From Eledone cirrhosa (taxonomy: Eukaryota): a stretch of DNA of 64,000 nucleotides. Position 1 is the stretch's first letter. The number at the start of each line of letters is the position of its first letter. A program made the position numbers and the translations under genes. Under the pieces are notes generated by a model. The model saw only the letters and a list, made by a program, of their open reading frames with translations. It had not been told where the DNA came from and did no database searches. Positions 24,935-37,877 of the stretch are shown here, in pieces. Location of the stretch: positions 17,794,001 through 17,858,000 of the forward strand of contig OZ024740.1 in the NCBI GenBank assembly GCA_964016885.1, written 5' to 3'.

Positions 24935-25148
24935 AGATGAAATCGAAAATGCAACTGGAGTCTTATTTTAAAAAAAATATATATATTTATTTGGTTCCTT
25001 TACCGGTTTCGCAGTTCTGTGAGAAAAACCACAGACCCTCCATCTCAACTCTACTTTTGAAAAGTAGAAGAACTGCGAAACCGGTAAAGGAACCAAATAA
25101 ACATATTTTTTAAAAAATAAGACTCCAGTTGCATTTTCGATTTCATCT
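24935..25148. repeat. Near-perfect inverted repeat with ~82-bp arms carrying GAAACCGGTA
   Basis: agatgaaatcgaaaatgcaactggagtc...ggtttcgcagttct / agaactgcgaaacc...gactccagttgcattttcgatttcatct. Confidence 0.85.
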
Positions 25149-25362
25149 CTTTTTCTTTATACTTTCACTCGTGTAGGACACTTCGGTTATTTTTCATTTT
25201 GCAAAGAAAACCTCACTTTCTAATATATATATATATATATTGGAATTTCGTATTTCAGAAGAAATACGGTATGTTTAAAATCAACATTTCGAGAGCTGTA
25301 GCTATGTCTGAACACCAGCGACTAACGTCGTCTGGCGGTGTCCAGCAGAAACAAGGGGGACA

Positions 25363-25408
25363 ATCGTGGATGCGCATTTCGAACTAAACTGGTTCTCATC
25401 AGTACGAT
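25363..25408 (-). ncRNA. Minimal type I hammerhead ribozyme-like motif
   Basis: atcgta-CTGATGA-gaac cagttta gttc-GAAA-tgcgca-TC-cacgat; palindromic stem III ATGCGCAT. Confidence 0.7.
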
Positions 25409-25624
25409 CCCACCCACACTTGCGACTGCTGGACTTGAAAACAGGCGAGAATATAGGGTTTTCTCGTCTGTGTAACTGAGGTGATTAATCTCATTTGCAT
25501 ATGAAGCTGTATAAATTGGCTCAACTTATAATAGAATAGAATTAGAATTTATATATATATATATACATATATATACATATATATACATATATATACATAT
25601 GTATATATACATATATACACATAT

Positions 25625-25717
25625 ATAGGAACCAGTAAGACCCCGACAGCTGAGCTCAAGCCGTTTCGACGGCTAATTCTGGACTGAGCTCAGCTGTCGG
25701 GGTCTTACTGGTTCCTA
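25625..25717. repeat. Fold-back inverted repeat with a hammerhead 3' half
   Basis: ataggaaccagtaagaccccgacagctgagctca / tgagctcagctgtcggggtcttactggttcctat; minus strand GAAACggct...agctGTC. Confidence 0.75.
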
Positions 25718-25820
25718 TTACCCACTCTACTACCTCAAGTATTGAGTACTTTGGTGCGTTATGGTCCACCTGGTTCCTTACCACATTTCCTTCGTTACAC
25801 ATATATATATATATATACAC

Positions 25821-27132
25821 ATATAACGGAGGAGTTTAAGACCGGATGCCCATGGGAACTCCTGTATGCTGATGACCTCGCACTCATAGCTGAATCTATG
25901 GTAGAACTAGAGAATAAATTCCAAACCTGGAAGCAGGGACTAGAGAGAAAGGGCCTCAAAGTCAACATGACAAAGACTAAGGTCCTTATAAGTAGACGAG
26001 AAAACAGAACCCAGATCCCCTCAGGGAAATGGCCTTGCTCAGTATGTAGGAAAGGTGTAGGTAGGAACTCCATTCTTTGCCCCAAATGCAAACAATGGGT
26101 ACACAAGAGATGTAGCGGGATCTCAGGAAGCTTAATTAAGAATGTAGGATTCACATGCAGCAGCTGTGCTGAAACAGCAAGCAAACAGCCACAGGAAACA
26201 AGTACCACCAATCTCTGGGAGGGCCCTGTAGAAACAGTAGACAGCTTCTGCTACCTAGGTGACCGAATTAGCAACGGAGGTGGGTGCTCAGAAAGTACAA
26301 TAACTAGGGTAAGAACGGGATGGAAGAAGTTTAGGGAACTACTACCACTGCTAGCTGCAAAAGGCTTCTCCCTCAGAATGAAAGGCAGACTGTATGATGC
26401 GTGTATCCGAACAGCGATGTTGCATGGTAGTGAGACCTGGGCGCTGAAGGTGGAAGACTTACGTAGATTAGAGAGAAACGAAGCCTGCATGCTCCGATGG
26501 ATGTGTAACAGTAATATACGTGAACGACAAAGCATAAATGAATTGAGAGAGAGACTGAGCATAAGAGGAATCAAATGCTGCGTGCAGGAGAGGCGGTTAC
26601 GCTGGTATGGACATGTGATGCGTATGAAGGATGACAGCTGCATAAAAAGGTGCAGAGCACTAGAAGTTGATGGAAACCGCGGAGTGGGGAGACCCAAGAT
26701 GACTTGGGATGAGGTGATAAAAGCCGACCTTACCCAACTACACCTCTCAAAGTCAATGACACACGGCCGTAACTTCTGGCGTCACGCAGTAATACAGGGT
26801 ACCCGACCTCCCATGGGTACATGCTGAAGCATATAAACAATATGCCCCCCCCCCCCCCCACCGCAAGGTGGTCGTGGAGGTGCCACGGCAAAAAAGCACC
26901 CAGCCCACACTGTAAAGTGGACGTGTAGGCGCCACGAAAAAGCACCCAGCACTCACTGTAAATGAGGTTGGTGTTAGGAAGGGCATCCAGCTGTAGAAAT
27001 CAAGCCAGATCAGTTCCTGTATGAGCAAGGCATGGTCAGCCGACCAGACACTGCCCACAACAGGACAACCCGTCTAACCCATGCTAGCGTGGAAGAACGG
27101 ACGTAAAACGGTGATGATGATGATGATGATGA
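25821..27132 (+). mobile_element. 5'-truncated RTE-type LINE (C-terminal RT plus PHD-like finger, open frame to 26827)
   Basis: ITEEFKTGCPWELLYADDL, CSVCRKGVGRNSILCPKCKQWVHKRC, MLHGSETW, RRLRWYGHV; (GAT)n tail at 27111-27132; starts in (TA)n. Confidence 0.92.
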
Positions 27133-27137
27133 TACAC

Positions 27138-27183
<46 letters not shown>

Positions 27184-27235
27184 TTACATACATATATATA
27201 CATACATATATATACATATATATATATATATACAC

Positions 27236-27267
<32 letters not shown>

Positions 27268-27268
27268 T

Positions 27269-27300
<32 letters not shown>

Positions 27301-27314
27301 CAGATATACATACA

Positions 27315-27345
<31 letters not shown>

Positions 27346-27789
27346 ATACATACATATATATATATACATATATATACATATATATATATATACATACATA
27401 TATATATATTCATATATATATATACATACATATATATATATTCATATATACATACATATATATATATTCATATATACATACATATATATATATTCATATA
27501 TACATACATATATACATACATACATATATACATACATACATATATACATACATACATATATATATATATATACATATATACATACATACATATATACATA
27601 CATACATATATATATATATATACATATGTATATATACATATGTATATATACATATATATATATACATATATATATATACATATATATATATACATATATA
27701 TATATATACATATATATATACATACATATATACATACATACATATATATACATATATATATATACATATATATATATACATATATATAT

Positions 27790-27824
<35 letters not shown>

Positions 27825-27829
27825 CATAC

Positions 27830-27899
<70 letters not shown>

Positions 27900-28239
27900 A
27901 TATACATACATATATATATATTCATATATACATATATACATACATATATATAAATTCATATATACATATACATATATATATACACACATATATATATATA
28001 CATACATATATACATATACATATATATATACAGACATATATATATATATATACATACATATATACATATACATATATATATACATACATATATATATATA
28101 CGGTTATGTGAGTACCTCTTTCGTATCTACATTCTCTGCCTGTAGAGGTGTCTTTATGTGCCTGCGTATATGCGTATATTTATTGAGTACCTATTTACTT
28201 GTATGTGTATATATTTGTTTGTATATGTGTATATGTGTA

Positions 28240-28304
<65 letters not shown>

Positions 28305-28394
28305 GTGTTTGTGTGTATATGTGTTTTATGTGTGTATATTTATGTAGGTATATGTATGTATGTGTGTGTGTGTATATGTATGTATGTGTATATA

Positions 28395-28479
<85 letters not shown>

Positions 28480-28721
28480 GTTTGTGTGTATATGTGTTTT
28501 ATGTGTGTATATTTATGTATGTATATGTATGTATGTGTTTGTGTATATGTATGTATGTATATATATATATATATATGTGTGTGTATGTATGTGTATGTAT
28601 GTATGTATGTATGTATATGTGTGTATGTGTGTGTGTATGTTTATGTATATGTATGTGTATGTGTGTATGTATGTATGTGTGTGTATATGTGTGTATATAT
28701 GTGTGTATGTGTATATGTGTG

Positions 28722-28787
<66 letters not shown>

Positions 28788-28812
28788 CATGTATATGTAT
28801 GTATGTGTGTAT

Positions 28813-28854
<42 letters not shown>

Positions 28855-28875
28855 ATATGTATATATGTATATGTA

Positions 28876-28906
<31 letters not shown>

Positions 28907-28910
28907 GTGC

Positions 28911-28944
<34 letters not shown>

Positions 28945-28951
28945 GTGTGTA

Positions 28952-28985
<34 letters not shown>

Positions 28986-28993
28986 TATGTGTA

Positions 28994-29058
<65 letters not shown>

Positions 29059-29214
29059 GTATATATATATGTATATGTATATATATATATATGTGTGTGT
29101 GTGCGTATGTGTGTATATGTGTGTGTATATATATGTGTATATGTATGTGTATGTGTGTATGTATATGTATATATGTGTGTATGTGTGTGTATATGTGTGT
29201 GTATATGTGTATAT

Positions 29215-29250
<36 letters not shown>
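27133..29250. repeat. Compound (TA/CA)n then (TA/TG)n microsatellite
   Basis: Direct reading; polarity flips around 28100-28200. Confidence 0.95.
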
Positions 29251-32200
29251 CATCATCATCATCATCATCAACGTTTAACGTCCGTGTTCCACGCTTGCAT
29301 GGGTTTGGACGGGGGTAGTCCCACTTGAGGCAAGAGTGATTGTCTTGCTCGCATAGGACTGTCTGGCAGGTTTTCTACAGTTGGATGCCCTTCCTAACAC
29401 CAACCACATTTACAGTGTGGGTCTGGGAGGTTTTTACCGTGTTGCCTACACGGCCACATTACAGCGTGGACTGTGTGTTTTTTTGTCGTGACACCTACAC
29501 GATCTCGTTTGTTTCGGCCTGGATGGCGCGGCACCAACATAACTCTACATGGAACGGGGTGGTGTGGATGGGGTGGGGGTGGTGGCGGGACGGGGTGTAG
29601 TTTGTTAGAGATGCCTACTGGCAAGGCGGGTCTTCTCTGTTACTGAGTACCGCCAAAGGTCACGGTCCAGTGACATTGTCTTGGAGAGGTGTAAGTGTGT
29701 GAGGTCGGAGTTTATCAGCTCATCCCATGTTTTTCTAGGTCTGCCTATTCCGTGGCTACCGTCTATCTTTATTGCCCTGCACTTTGTAATACAGCTATCG
29801 ACTTTCATGCGCATCACGTGTCCATACCAACGCAGCCTTCTCTCGAGTAAACAACATCTGATCCCTCTTATCTCTAATTTTTTCCTTAGTTCGTTTATGC
29901 TTTGCCGTTCACGTATATTACTGTTACACATCCAGCGGAGCATGCAAGCTTCGTTCCTCTCTAGTCTGCGTATATCCTCTGCACACAATGCCCAGGTCTC
30001 ACTACCATGCAACATTGCTGTTCGTATGCAGGCATCGTACAACCTGCCTTTCATTTTTAGGGAGAACCCTTTAGCAGCTAATAGTGGTATAAGCTCTCTG
30101 AACTTTTTCCAACCAGTTCTGACTCTAGCTACAGTACTTTCAGAGCACCCTCCCCCACTGCTGATTTTATCGCCCAGGTAACGGAAGCTGTCCACTATTT
30201 CTATAGAACCCTCTGCGCAATTGAAAGAGCTAGTATTTTGTGGGCACTTGCTGCTACTTATTGCACCAGAACACCGGCCACATGTAAAGTCTATGTTCTT
30301 AGTTAGCTTACCTGTGATCCCACTACATCTTTTATGCACCCATACTTTGCATTTAGGAAATAAGATGGAGTTTCTACCTACGCCTTTCCTACATACCGAG
30401 CACGACCATTTCCCAGAAGGGACCGCCGCCTTGTTTTCTTTCCTACAAACTAGAACTTTGGTCTTAGCCAGGTTAATTTTAAGTCCTTTTGACTCTAGGC
30501 CGTGCTTCCATGTTTGGAATTTCTTCTCTAGCTCGGCCATTGATTCCGCTATGAGTGTCAGGTCGTCTGCGTATAGGAGTTCCCATGGGCAGCCTGTCTT
30601 GAACTCCTCTGTTATAGCCTGAAGGGCAATAATAAATAGTATGGGGCTGAGAACAGAGCCCTGATGGACGCCAACTTTTACGCTAAACTCTTCACTATAT
30701 TCGTTGTTAATTCTAACCTTGCTGACTGTTTCTTTATACATGGCTTGTATAGCCCTCACAAGCCATTCGTCAACGCCTAGTTTTCTAAGAGCCCACCAAA
30801 TAATGGAGCGGGGGACTCTGTCGAAGGCTTTCTCCAGGTCGACAAAAGCTAAGTAGAGGGGTTTACCTTTAGCTAGGTACTTCTCCTGTAGTTGTCGTAC
30901 TATGAAAAGAGCGTCTGTGGTGCTTTTGCCTGACACAAACCCGAACTGCATTTCATCTAGATCAATTCTCTCTCTGATTAGTTGCGCTATTACTTTTTCC
31001 GTGACCTTCATGACCTGGTCGATTAATTTAATGCCTCTATAGTTACTCCTATCTAGGGCGTCTCCTTTACCCTTATAACAGTTAACGATGATGCTGCTAT
31101 GCCAGTCCTTCGGAACAACCCCATTCTGTACGACTTGGTTAACTATGCGGGTGACCATGGTGTGTCCCACCGTGCCAGATGCCTTCAGCATCTCAGCAAC
31201 TATTTCCGAAGGCCCAGCCGCCTTACCAGTCTTCATATCCTTGATTGCCTTACTTATTATACTCCCCTCGACTAACACTGCTGGTCCCTCTATCGGGTCG
31301 ATATGGGGGAGACTGTCTTTCTCCCATTTATTCTCCTCATTTAGTAGCCTTTCATAGTGACACTTCCAAGCTACCTTCTTATCAGTGTCGGTGATGGCAA
31401 GTATGCCATCATCGTTAAGTACACACTTCTCCCCGACAATATCACGGTTTTCCTTGACGCATTGCCTGGCAATCCTGAACACCTCACGTTTTTGGTCATC
31501 GCGTTGTAGAACATGCTTGAACTTTCTTTCCTCAGCTTCCCTTCTTGCTAAGTACACTTCTCTCCTAGCTTCCCTCCTGGCCACTTGATAGTCTACTCTA
31601 CTTCCCCCATCCCGCCATACTTTCCAAGCCTGCTTTTTGGCCTTAATTGACCCCTCCACCCTATTGTTCCACCACCATGTTACTCTCCTCCTGCCTACAG
31701 GCCTGCTCCAGCCACAGACCTCGTCTGTCGCCAACAGCAGGTTTGCTTTCAGAAATTTCCACTGTCCCTCTATATTGTCCGATTCTAGATGCTCTTCCTT
31801 ACTGTCGAAAGCATCAAGTAATATGCTTTGAAATTTATTTCTGGCTGTGGGGTCCTTTAGTTTCCATATTTTCCTCCTGAGGATAGTCCTCTTCTGCTGT
31901 CGGGTACGTCTCGTCCTGACTATGAGGTCGCTAATTATCAGTCTATGTTGGGAGGTGCATTCTTCATGGGGGAGGGATTTAGTGTTTACAACAGACACTC
32001 TGTCACGTCTTCTGGTAAGGATATAATCTACCTGGCTTGTGTGTTCCCCGGATCTATAGGTAATCAGGTGATTGTCACGTTTTTTGAAGTTAGTGTTACA
32101 GATAGTTAGGTTATTTGCATCACAGTATTCCAGGATTCTGGAGCCTTCCTCATTTCTAGTACCAAACCCATAGCCTCCATGGATTTCGTCGTAGCCGTCA

Positions 32201-33090
32201 CAATGTTGTCCAACGTGACCATTTAGGTCGCCTGCAATAATTATATAGTCACTGTCAGATATTTGGGAGGTAGTTAGCAACAGTGTCTCATAGAATCTGT
32301 CTTTTATAGTGCCGGGCAGTCCGGATTGGGGTGCGTACGCAGATATTACTGTCACCGTAGTTCTATTGAGGACAAGTCTTATTTTAATTATTCTGTCGTT
32401 CACTCTATTTACGTCTATTATCTTATCTGCCCACTTTTCTGCTACCATGATTCCTACTCCACCCAGCCCATCGTCGTTTCCCACCCAGAAAAGCTTATAA
32501 CATCGTTTTTTACCCTCAATGAATCTAGCAGACCCACCCCTCCACCTGGTCTCTTGAATACAACAAACATCGACCTCCTTACGTTCAAGCATTTCTACAA
32601 CCTCGTTAGCGCGACCCTTTAGGGTGCCTACATTTATGGTACCAACTCTGAAGTTTTGGGTTGCGTTTGGAGGGTGGGGGTGGTGGGGGGCGGGAGGAGA
32701 TAGGGTTATGTTAGCCATCCGCGGACGAAACAAAGAGGAGTGCTCGCATTCTCGTCCACGAGGTGAATTTGACTTTAACTTTGGCATTTTCGCTCTGGGC
32801 GTCCAGATTTTTCTCTCCCTTCCACTCTCCAGGATTCCGCAGTCCGTCCGTCCATCCATCCATCCATCATATATCGAAGGCAACCGGGCAAGCGATAGTA
32901 TAGGCCTCTGGCTTATGATTTGGTCCGCGTAATAATAATAATAATGGTGATGCGTGGGGGTGGGGGAAGGGGGGCTCTGGCTTATAATAATGGTGGTGAT
33001 GCGGGGGGGGGGGGCTCTGGCTTATGATTGGTCCACGTATTAAGTATGGTGGCGTGTGGGGCGGGAGGGAGGGGTGTGGGGTAGCTAGCT
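29250..33090 (-). mobile_element. RTE-type LINE, apparently full-length (5' end not resolved)
   Basis: Single intact ORF, 3' UTR 29272-29604, (GAT)n tail abutting (TA)n. Confidence 0.9.
29605..32883 (-). CDS. RTE-type ORF: APE endonuclease, reverse transcriptase, PHD-like zinc finger (likely start ATG 32787 or downstream)
   Basis: GTINVGTL, IQETRW, SAYAPQ, GDLNGHVG, QVDYIL, SQHRL; DLEKAFDRVP, QGSVLSP, YADD; CSVC...VHKRC...CGRC; no stop in 1092 codons. Confidence 0.93.
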   Translation of the reverse strand: MPSIYDGWMDGRTDCGILESGRERKIWTPRAKMPKLKSNSPRGRECEHSSLFRPRMANITLSPPAPHHPHPPNATQNFRVGTINVGTLKGRANEVVEMLERKEVDVCCIQETRWRGGSARFIEGKKRCYKLFWVGNDDGLGGVGIMVAEKWADKIIDVNRVNDRIIKIRLVLNRTTVTVISAYAPQSGLPGTIKDRFYETLLLTTSQISDSDYIIIAGDLNGHVGQHCDGYDEIHGGYGFGTRNEEGSRILEYCDANNLTICNTNFKKRDNHLITYRSGEHTSQVDYILTRRRDRVSVVNTKSLPHEECTSQHRLIISDLIVRTRRTRQQKRTILRRKIWKLKDPTARNKFQSILLDAFDSKEEHLESDNIEGQWKFLKANLLLATDEVCGWSRPVGRRRVTWWWNNRVEGSIKAKKQAWKVWRDGGSRVDYQVARREARREVYLARREAEERKFKHVLQRDDQKREVFRIARQCVKENRDIVGEKCVLNDDGILAITDTDKKVAWKCHYERLLNEENKWEKDSLPHIDPIEGPAVLVEGSIISKAIKDMKTGKAAGPSEIVAEMLKASGTVGHTMVTRIVNQVVQNGVVPKDWHSSIIVNCYKGKGDALDRSNYRGIKLIDQVMKVTEKVIAQLIRERIDLDEMQFGFVSGKSTTDALFIVRQLQEKYLAKGKPLYLAFVDLEKAFDRVPRSIIWWALRKLGVDEWLVRAIQAMYKETVSKVRINNEYSEEFSVKVGVHQGSVLSPILFIIALQAITEEFKTGCPWELLYADDLTLIAESMAELEKKFQTWKHGLESKGLKINLAKTKVLVCRKENKAAVPSGKWSCSVCRKGVGRNSILFPKCKVWVHKRCSGITGKLTKNIDFTCGRCSGAISSSKCPQNTSSFNCAEGSIEIVDSFRYLGDKISSGGGCSESTVARVRTGWKKFRELIPLLAAKGFSLKMKGRLYDACIRTAMLHGSETWALCAEDIRRLERNEACMLRWMCNSNIRERQSINELRKKLEIRGIRCCLLERRLRWYGHVMRMKVDSCITKCRAIKIDGSHGIGRPRKTWDELINSDLTHLHLSKTMSLDRDLWRYSVTEKTRLASRHL

Positions 33091-33370
33091 GGAAGGTTAT
33101 GAATGTTTAACAAGCGATTTAACAAAAAGCAAAACTGCAAGATTTGTTCTGTTCAATACGACAAAAACACCGTATTTAAACCTTAAATAGATAACAAAAA
33201 ATACAGATTTCGGATTTTGCGAGATTGGATGTTTGTTTGGACTATGTACGAAATTGAGCGTGGAAAGGAGAGAATAATTTGTACTTTACGGTTTACATGA
33301 GTACATCATAGAGATAATTGAAGCAGCGGTGGATTGGCGAAAGTGAATAAACATGAAGGAGAACTTATCT

Positions 33371-33401
<31 letters not shown>

Positions 33402-33893
33402 AGCTAAGAGAGAGATAGAGGGGAAGAAAGAGAGGGGGGGAAGGGGGAGAGATATTGTGGCTGACCGCAGCCCCTCGTGGGGTAGCAAGGAGGGTGAAGG
33501 GGTGGAGTGGATTTTTGACTTTCAAGTAGCATACTATATATATTTAAATTAATTTATAAGTAGAATGGGAAAGGATTTTGTTTTTTGTTTGAGAATACGA
33601 TAGAATTAAGGAATTGGAAGGTTATGAATGTTTAACAAGCGATTTAACAAAAAGCAAAACTGCAAGATTTGTTCTGTTCAATACGACAAAAACACCGTAT
33701 TTAAACCTTAAATAGATAACAAAAAATACAGATTTCGGATTTTGCGAGATTGGATGTTTGTTTGGACTATGTACGAAATTGAGCGTGGAAAGGAGAGAAT
33801 AATTAGTACTTTACGGTTTACATGAGTACATCATAGAGATAATTGAAGCAGCGGTGGATTGGCGAAAGTGAATAAACATGAAGGAGAACTTAT

Positions 33894-33900
<7 letters not shown>
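33091..33900. repeat. ~290-bp near-identical direct duplication (33091-33380 and 33616-33900)
   Basis: ggaaggttatgaatgtttaac...gaaggagaacttatcttata occurs twice. Confidence 0.9.
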
Positions 33901-33956
<56 letters not shown>

Positions 33957-34080
33957 GTATATATATGTATATGTATGTGTATATATATATATGTGTGTAT
34001 ATATATATATATATATGTGCATGAGAGAGTGTGTGTATATATATTTTGTGTGTGGGTGTGTGTATGTGTGTATGCGCGTC

Positions 34081-34168
<88 letters not shown>

Positions 34169-34319
34169 TGTATATGTGTGTGTATATGCGCGTTATATGT
34201 CTGTATATATATGTGTATATTTATGTATAGGTCTGTGTATGTATGTGTATGTTTGTGTATGTATGGATATATATATATATGTATATATGTGTATATGTAT
34301 GGATATGTGTATATATATG

Positions 34320-34406
<87 letters not shown>

Positions 34407-34527
34407 ATATGTGTGTGTATGGGTATTTATACATATGTATACTCGTGTTTATATGTATGCGTGTGAGTGTATTTATTTGTGTATATATGTGTGTGTGTGT
34501 GTATGTATGTGTATGTGTGTGTGTATC

Positions 34528-34560
<33 letters not shown>
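33900..34560. repeat. (TA/TG)n microsatellite
   Basis: Direct reading. Confidence 0.95.
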
Positions 34561-34829
34561 CATCATCATCATCATCATCATCGTTTAACGTCCGTGTTCC
34601 ACGCTTGCATGGGTTTGGACGGGGGTAGTCCCACTTGAGGCAAGAGTGATTGTCTTGCTCGCATAGGACTGTCTGGCAGGTTTTCTACAGTTGGATGCCC
34701 TTCCTAACACCAACCACATTTACAGTGTGGGTCTGGGAGGTTTTTACCGTGTTGCCTACACGGCCACATTACAGCGTGGACTGTGTGTTTTTTTGTCGTG
34801 ACACCTACACGATCTCATTTGTTTCGGCC

Positions 34830-34830
<1 letters not shown>
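34561..34830 (-). mobile_element. RTE LINE 3' end, near-identical to 29251-29520
   Basis: Same (CAT)n tail and 3' UTR with only about 2 differences seen. Confidence 0.92.
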
Positions 34831-34890
<60 letters not shown>

Positions 34891-35549
34891 GTGTGTGTGT
34901 ATGTGTGTATATATATATATATTTTTTTATATATGTGTGTGTGTTTTTATGTGTGTATATGTGTTTGTGTGTGTGTTTATGGTTGCGCGTAAGTGTGTGA
35001 GTGAGTATGTGTGTTTTTTTGTTTTTTATGTGTGTTTTTTTGTTTTTCTGTTTTTTTGTTTTTTTGTTTTTTTTGTTTTTTTGTGAATGTGTCTGTTGAT
35101 TTTTGGCATTTTGTTGATTAGTTTAAGAGAAGTTCGAAGATAATAGTAACATATGCACTCAGTATTTTGAATCTGTCTGCAGAATTCTCTAGACCTTTGT
35201 CACTTGGTAGAACCTTAATGACTTTAGCTTTTAAAGAATCTCCCTTTTCTTTAATTCTATGGAGCATGACTGACCCCCCACTGATTTTATAGACATCTGT
35301 TAGCTTAAGAGAAACTTATTGACAAGGAATGGTATGCCATCCGGAACCTGTTTATAGAATTCTGTCTGCCTTTGTTACTCTAAAAACATAAATAAATATA
35401 AATAAAAATAAAAATTAACTATAGCTTTGTAGAATTAGCTTTTAATGAATTCCCTTTTCTATCAACCAATGACCTGCACCCATCCCACTCCCCACCCTCT
35501 CCTACCACTTGTAGAGACCTATAAATACCATATTTATTTTTTGATACCC

Positions 35550-35600
35550 AGATTCCTGATGATTTCTAATGAATGAAACAGTTCTAGTCCTGTAGAATCT
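35550..35600 (+). ncRNA. Type I hammerhead ribozyme-like motif
   Basis: agattc-CTGATGA-t ttc taat gaa t-GAA-ACAG ttctagtc CTGT-A-gaatct; GUA cleavage triplet. Confidence 0.7.
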
Positions 35601-35611
35601 CATCTATATTA

Positions 35612-35684
35612 ATACATATATATATATATACATATATATATACATACATATATATATACATATATATACATATACATACATACA

Positions 35685-35716
<32 letters not shown>

Positions 35717-35737
35717 CGTATACATACATATATATAC

Positions 35738-35774
<37 letters not shown>

Positions 35775-36167
35775 CAAACATATATATATACATACATATA
35801 TATATACATATATATACATATATATATATACATACATATATATATATATATTCATATATACATACATATATATATATTCATATATACATACATATATACA
35901 TACATACATATATACATACATACATATATACATACATACATATATACATACATACATATATATATATATACATATGTATATATATATATGTATATATACA
36001 TATATATATATACATATATATATATACATATATATATATACATATATATATATACATATATATATACATACATATATACATACAAACATATATACATACA
36101 TATATACATACATACATATATATACATATATATATATATACATATATATACATATATATATATATAC

Positions 36168-36205
<38 letters not shown>

Positions 36206-36213
36206 ATACATAC

Positions 36214-36247
<34 letters not shown>

Positions 36248-36447
36248 ACATACATATATATATATATATACATACATATATATATATTCATATATACATA
36301 TACATATATATATACACACATATATATATATACATACATATATACATACACACATATATATATATACATACATATATACATATACATATATATATACATA
36401 CATATATATATATATACATACATATATACATATACATACATATATAC

Positions 36448-36478
<31 letters not shown>

Positions 36479-36536
36479 CATATATATATACATACATATA
36501 TATATATATACATATATATACATATACATACATACA

Positions 36537-36568
<32 letters not shown>

Positions 36569-36590
36569 CGTATACATACATATATATACA

Positions 36591-36628
<38 letters not shown>
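35612..36628. repeat. (TA/CA)n microsatellite
   Basis: Direct reading. Confidence 0.95.
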
Positions 36629-36629
<1 letters not shown>

Positions 36630-36639
36630 GGTGGCTGCC

Positions 36640-37265
36640 AACTCGTTTTCGAGTACGGCCACTACTTTACATCCATGTAGGATAACCCCTACCGAAGCGC
36701 TGAACGAGTGTGACTTTTTAGTCCAGCCAGCGACTTGAAACCTCTGGTACAAACACTACACCTGTGACAATTATTGACACATAGTGCTAGGCCCATGGTA
36801 GGACAATTATTGACACATAGTGCTGGGCCCATGTGAGGACAAGTGCAGAGAGATCTCCAGATATAAAGCAATGCCTGTGCCGTGAAGCTTTTATAGTGAG
36901 CAAAGGCACTGCACAAAGCCAGTCCCACTCTCTTAACCAAGATGCTATTTACCAAAAAGAAGAACAAGTCAACATCATTGGATACCATCAGGGTTGCAGG
37001 TGTTATATCAGAGTTTTCCTTCTCCTAGAATTCTGCCTTGACTAAGGCTAAAGGGGTCATCTCTCCCGGTGATTTTGGATGGCCATTGACTCTTAAGAGC
37101 TCCTTTGCCCTTTGACAGGTTTTGTTTTTAGTCCTGCAGGATGTCCAAAGTCACCCTCCTCACCAAGAAACCTTGGTGGGGTTGCCAGTTTAGTCGCCAA
37201 CGACCCGACCATGAGACAGGTTGTACTGGGATACATGTTACCAGTAGCACCAACTGGTGACCTGA
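36640..37265 (-). mobile_element. Probable deleted/degenerate LINE derivative with a C2H2-like finger remnant
   Basis: [17 protein letters not shown] preceded by WRSLC, like LINE ORF C-termini; flanked by (TA)n on both sides. Confidence 0.4.
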
Positions 37266-37876
<611 letters not shown>

Positions 37877-37877
<1 letters not shown>

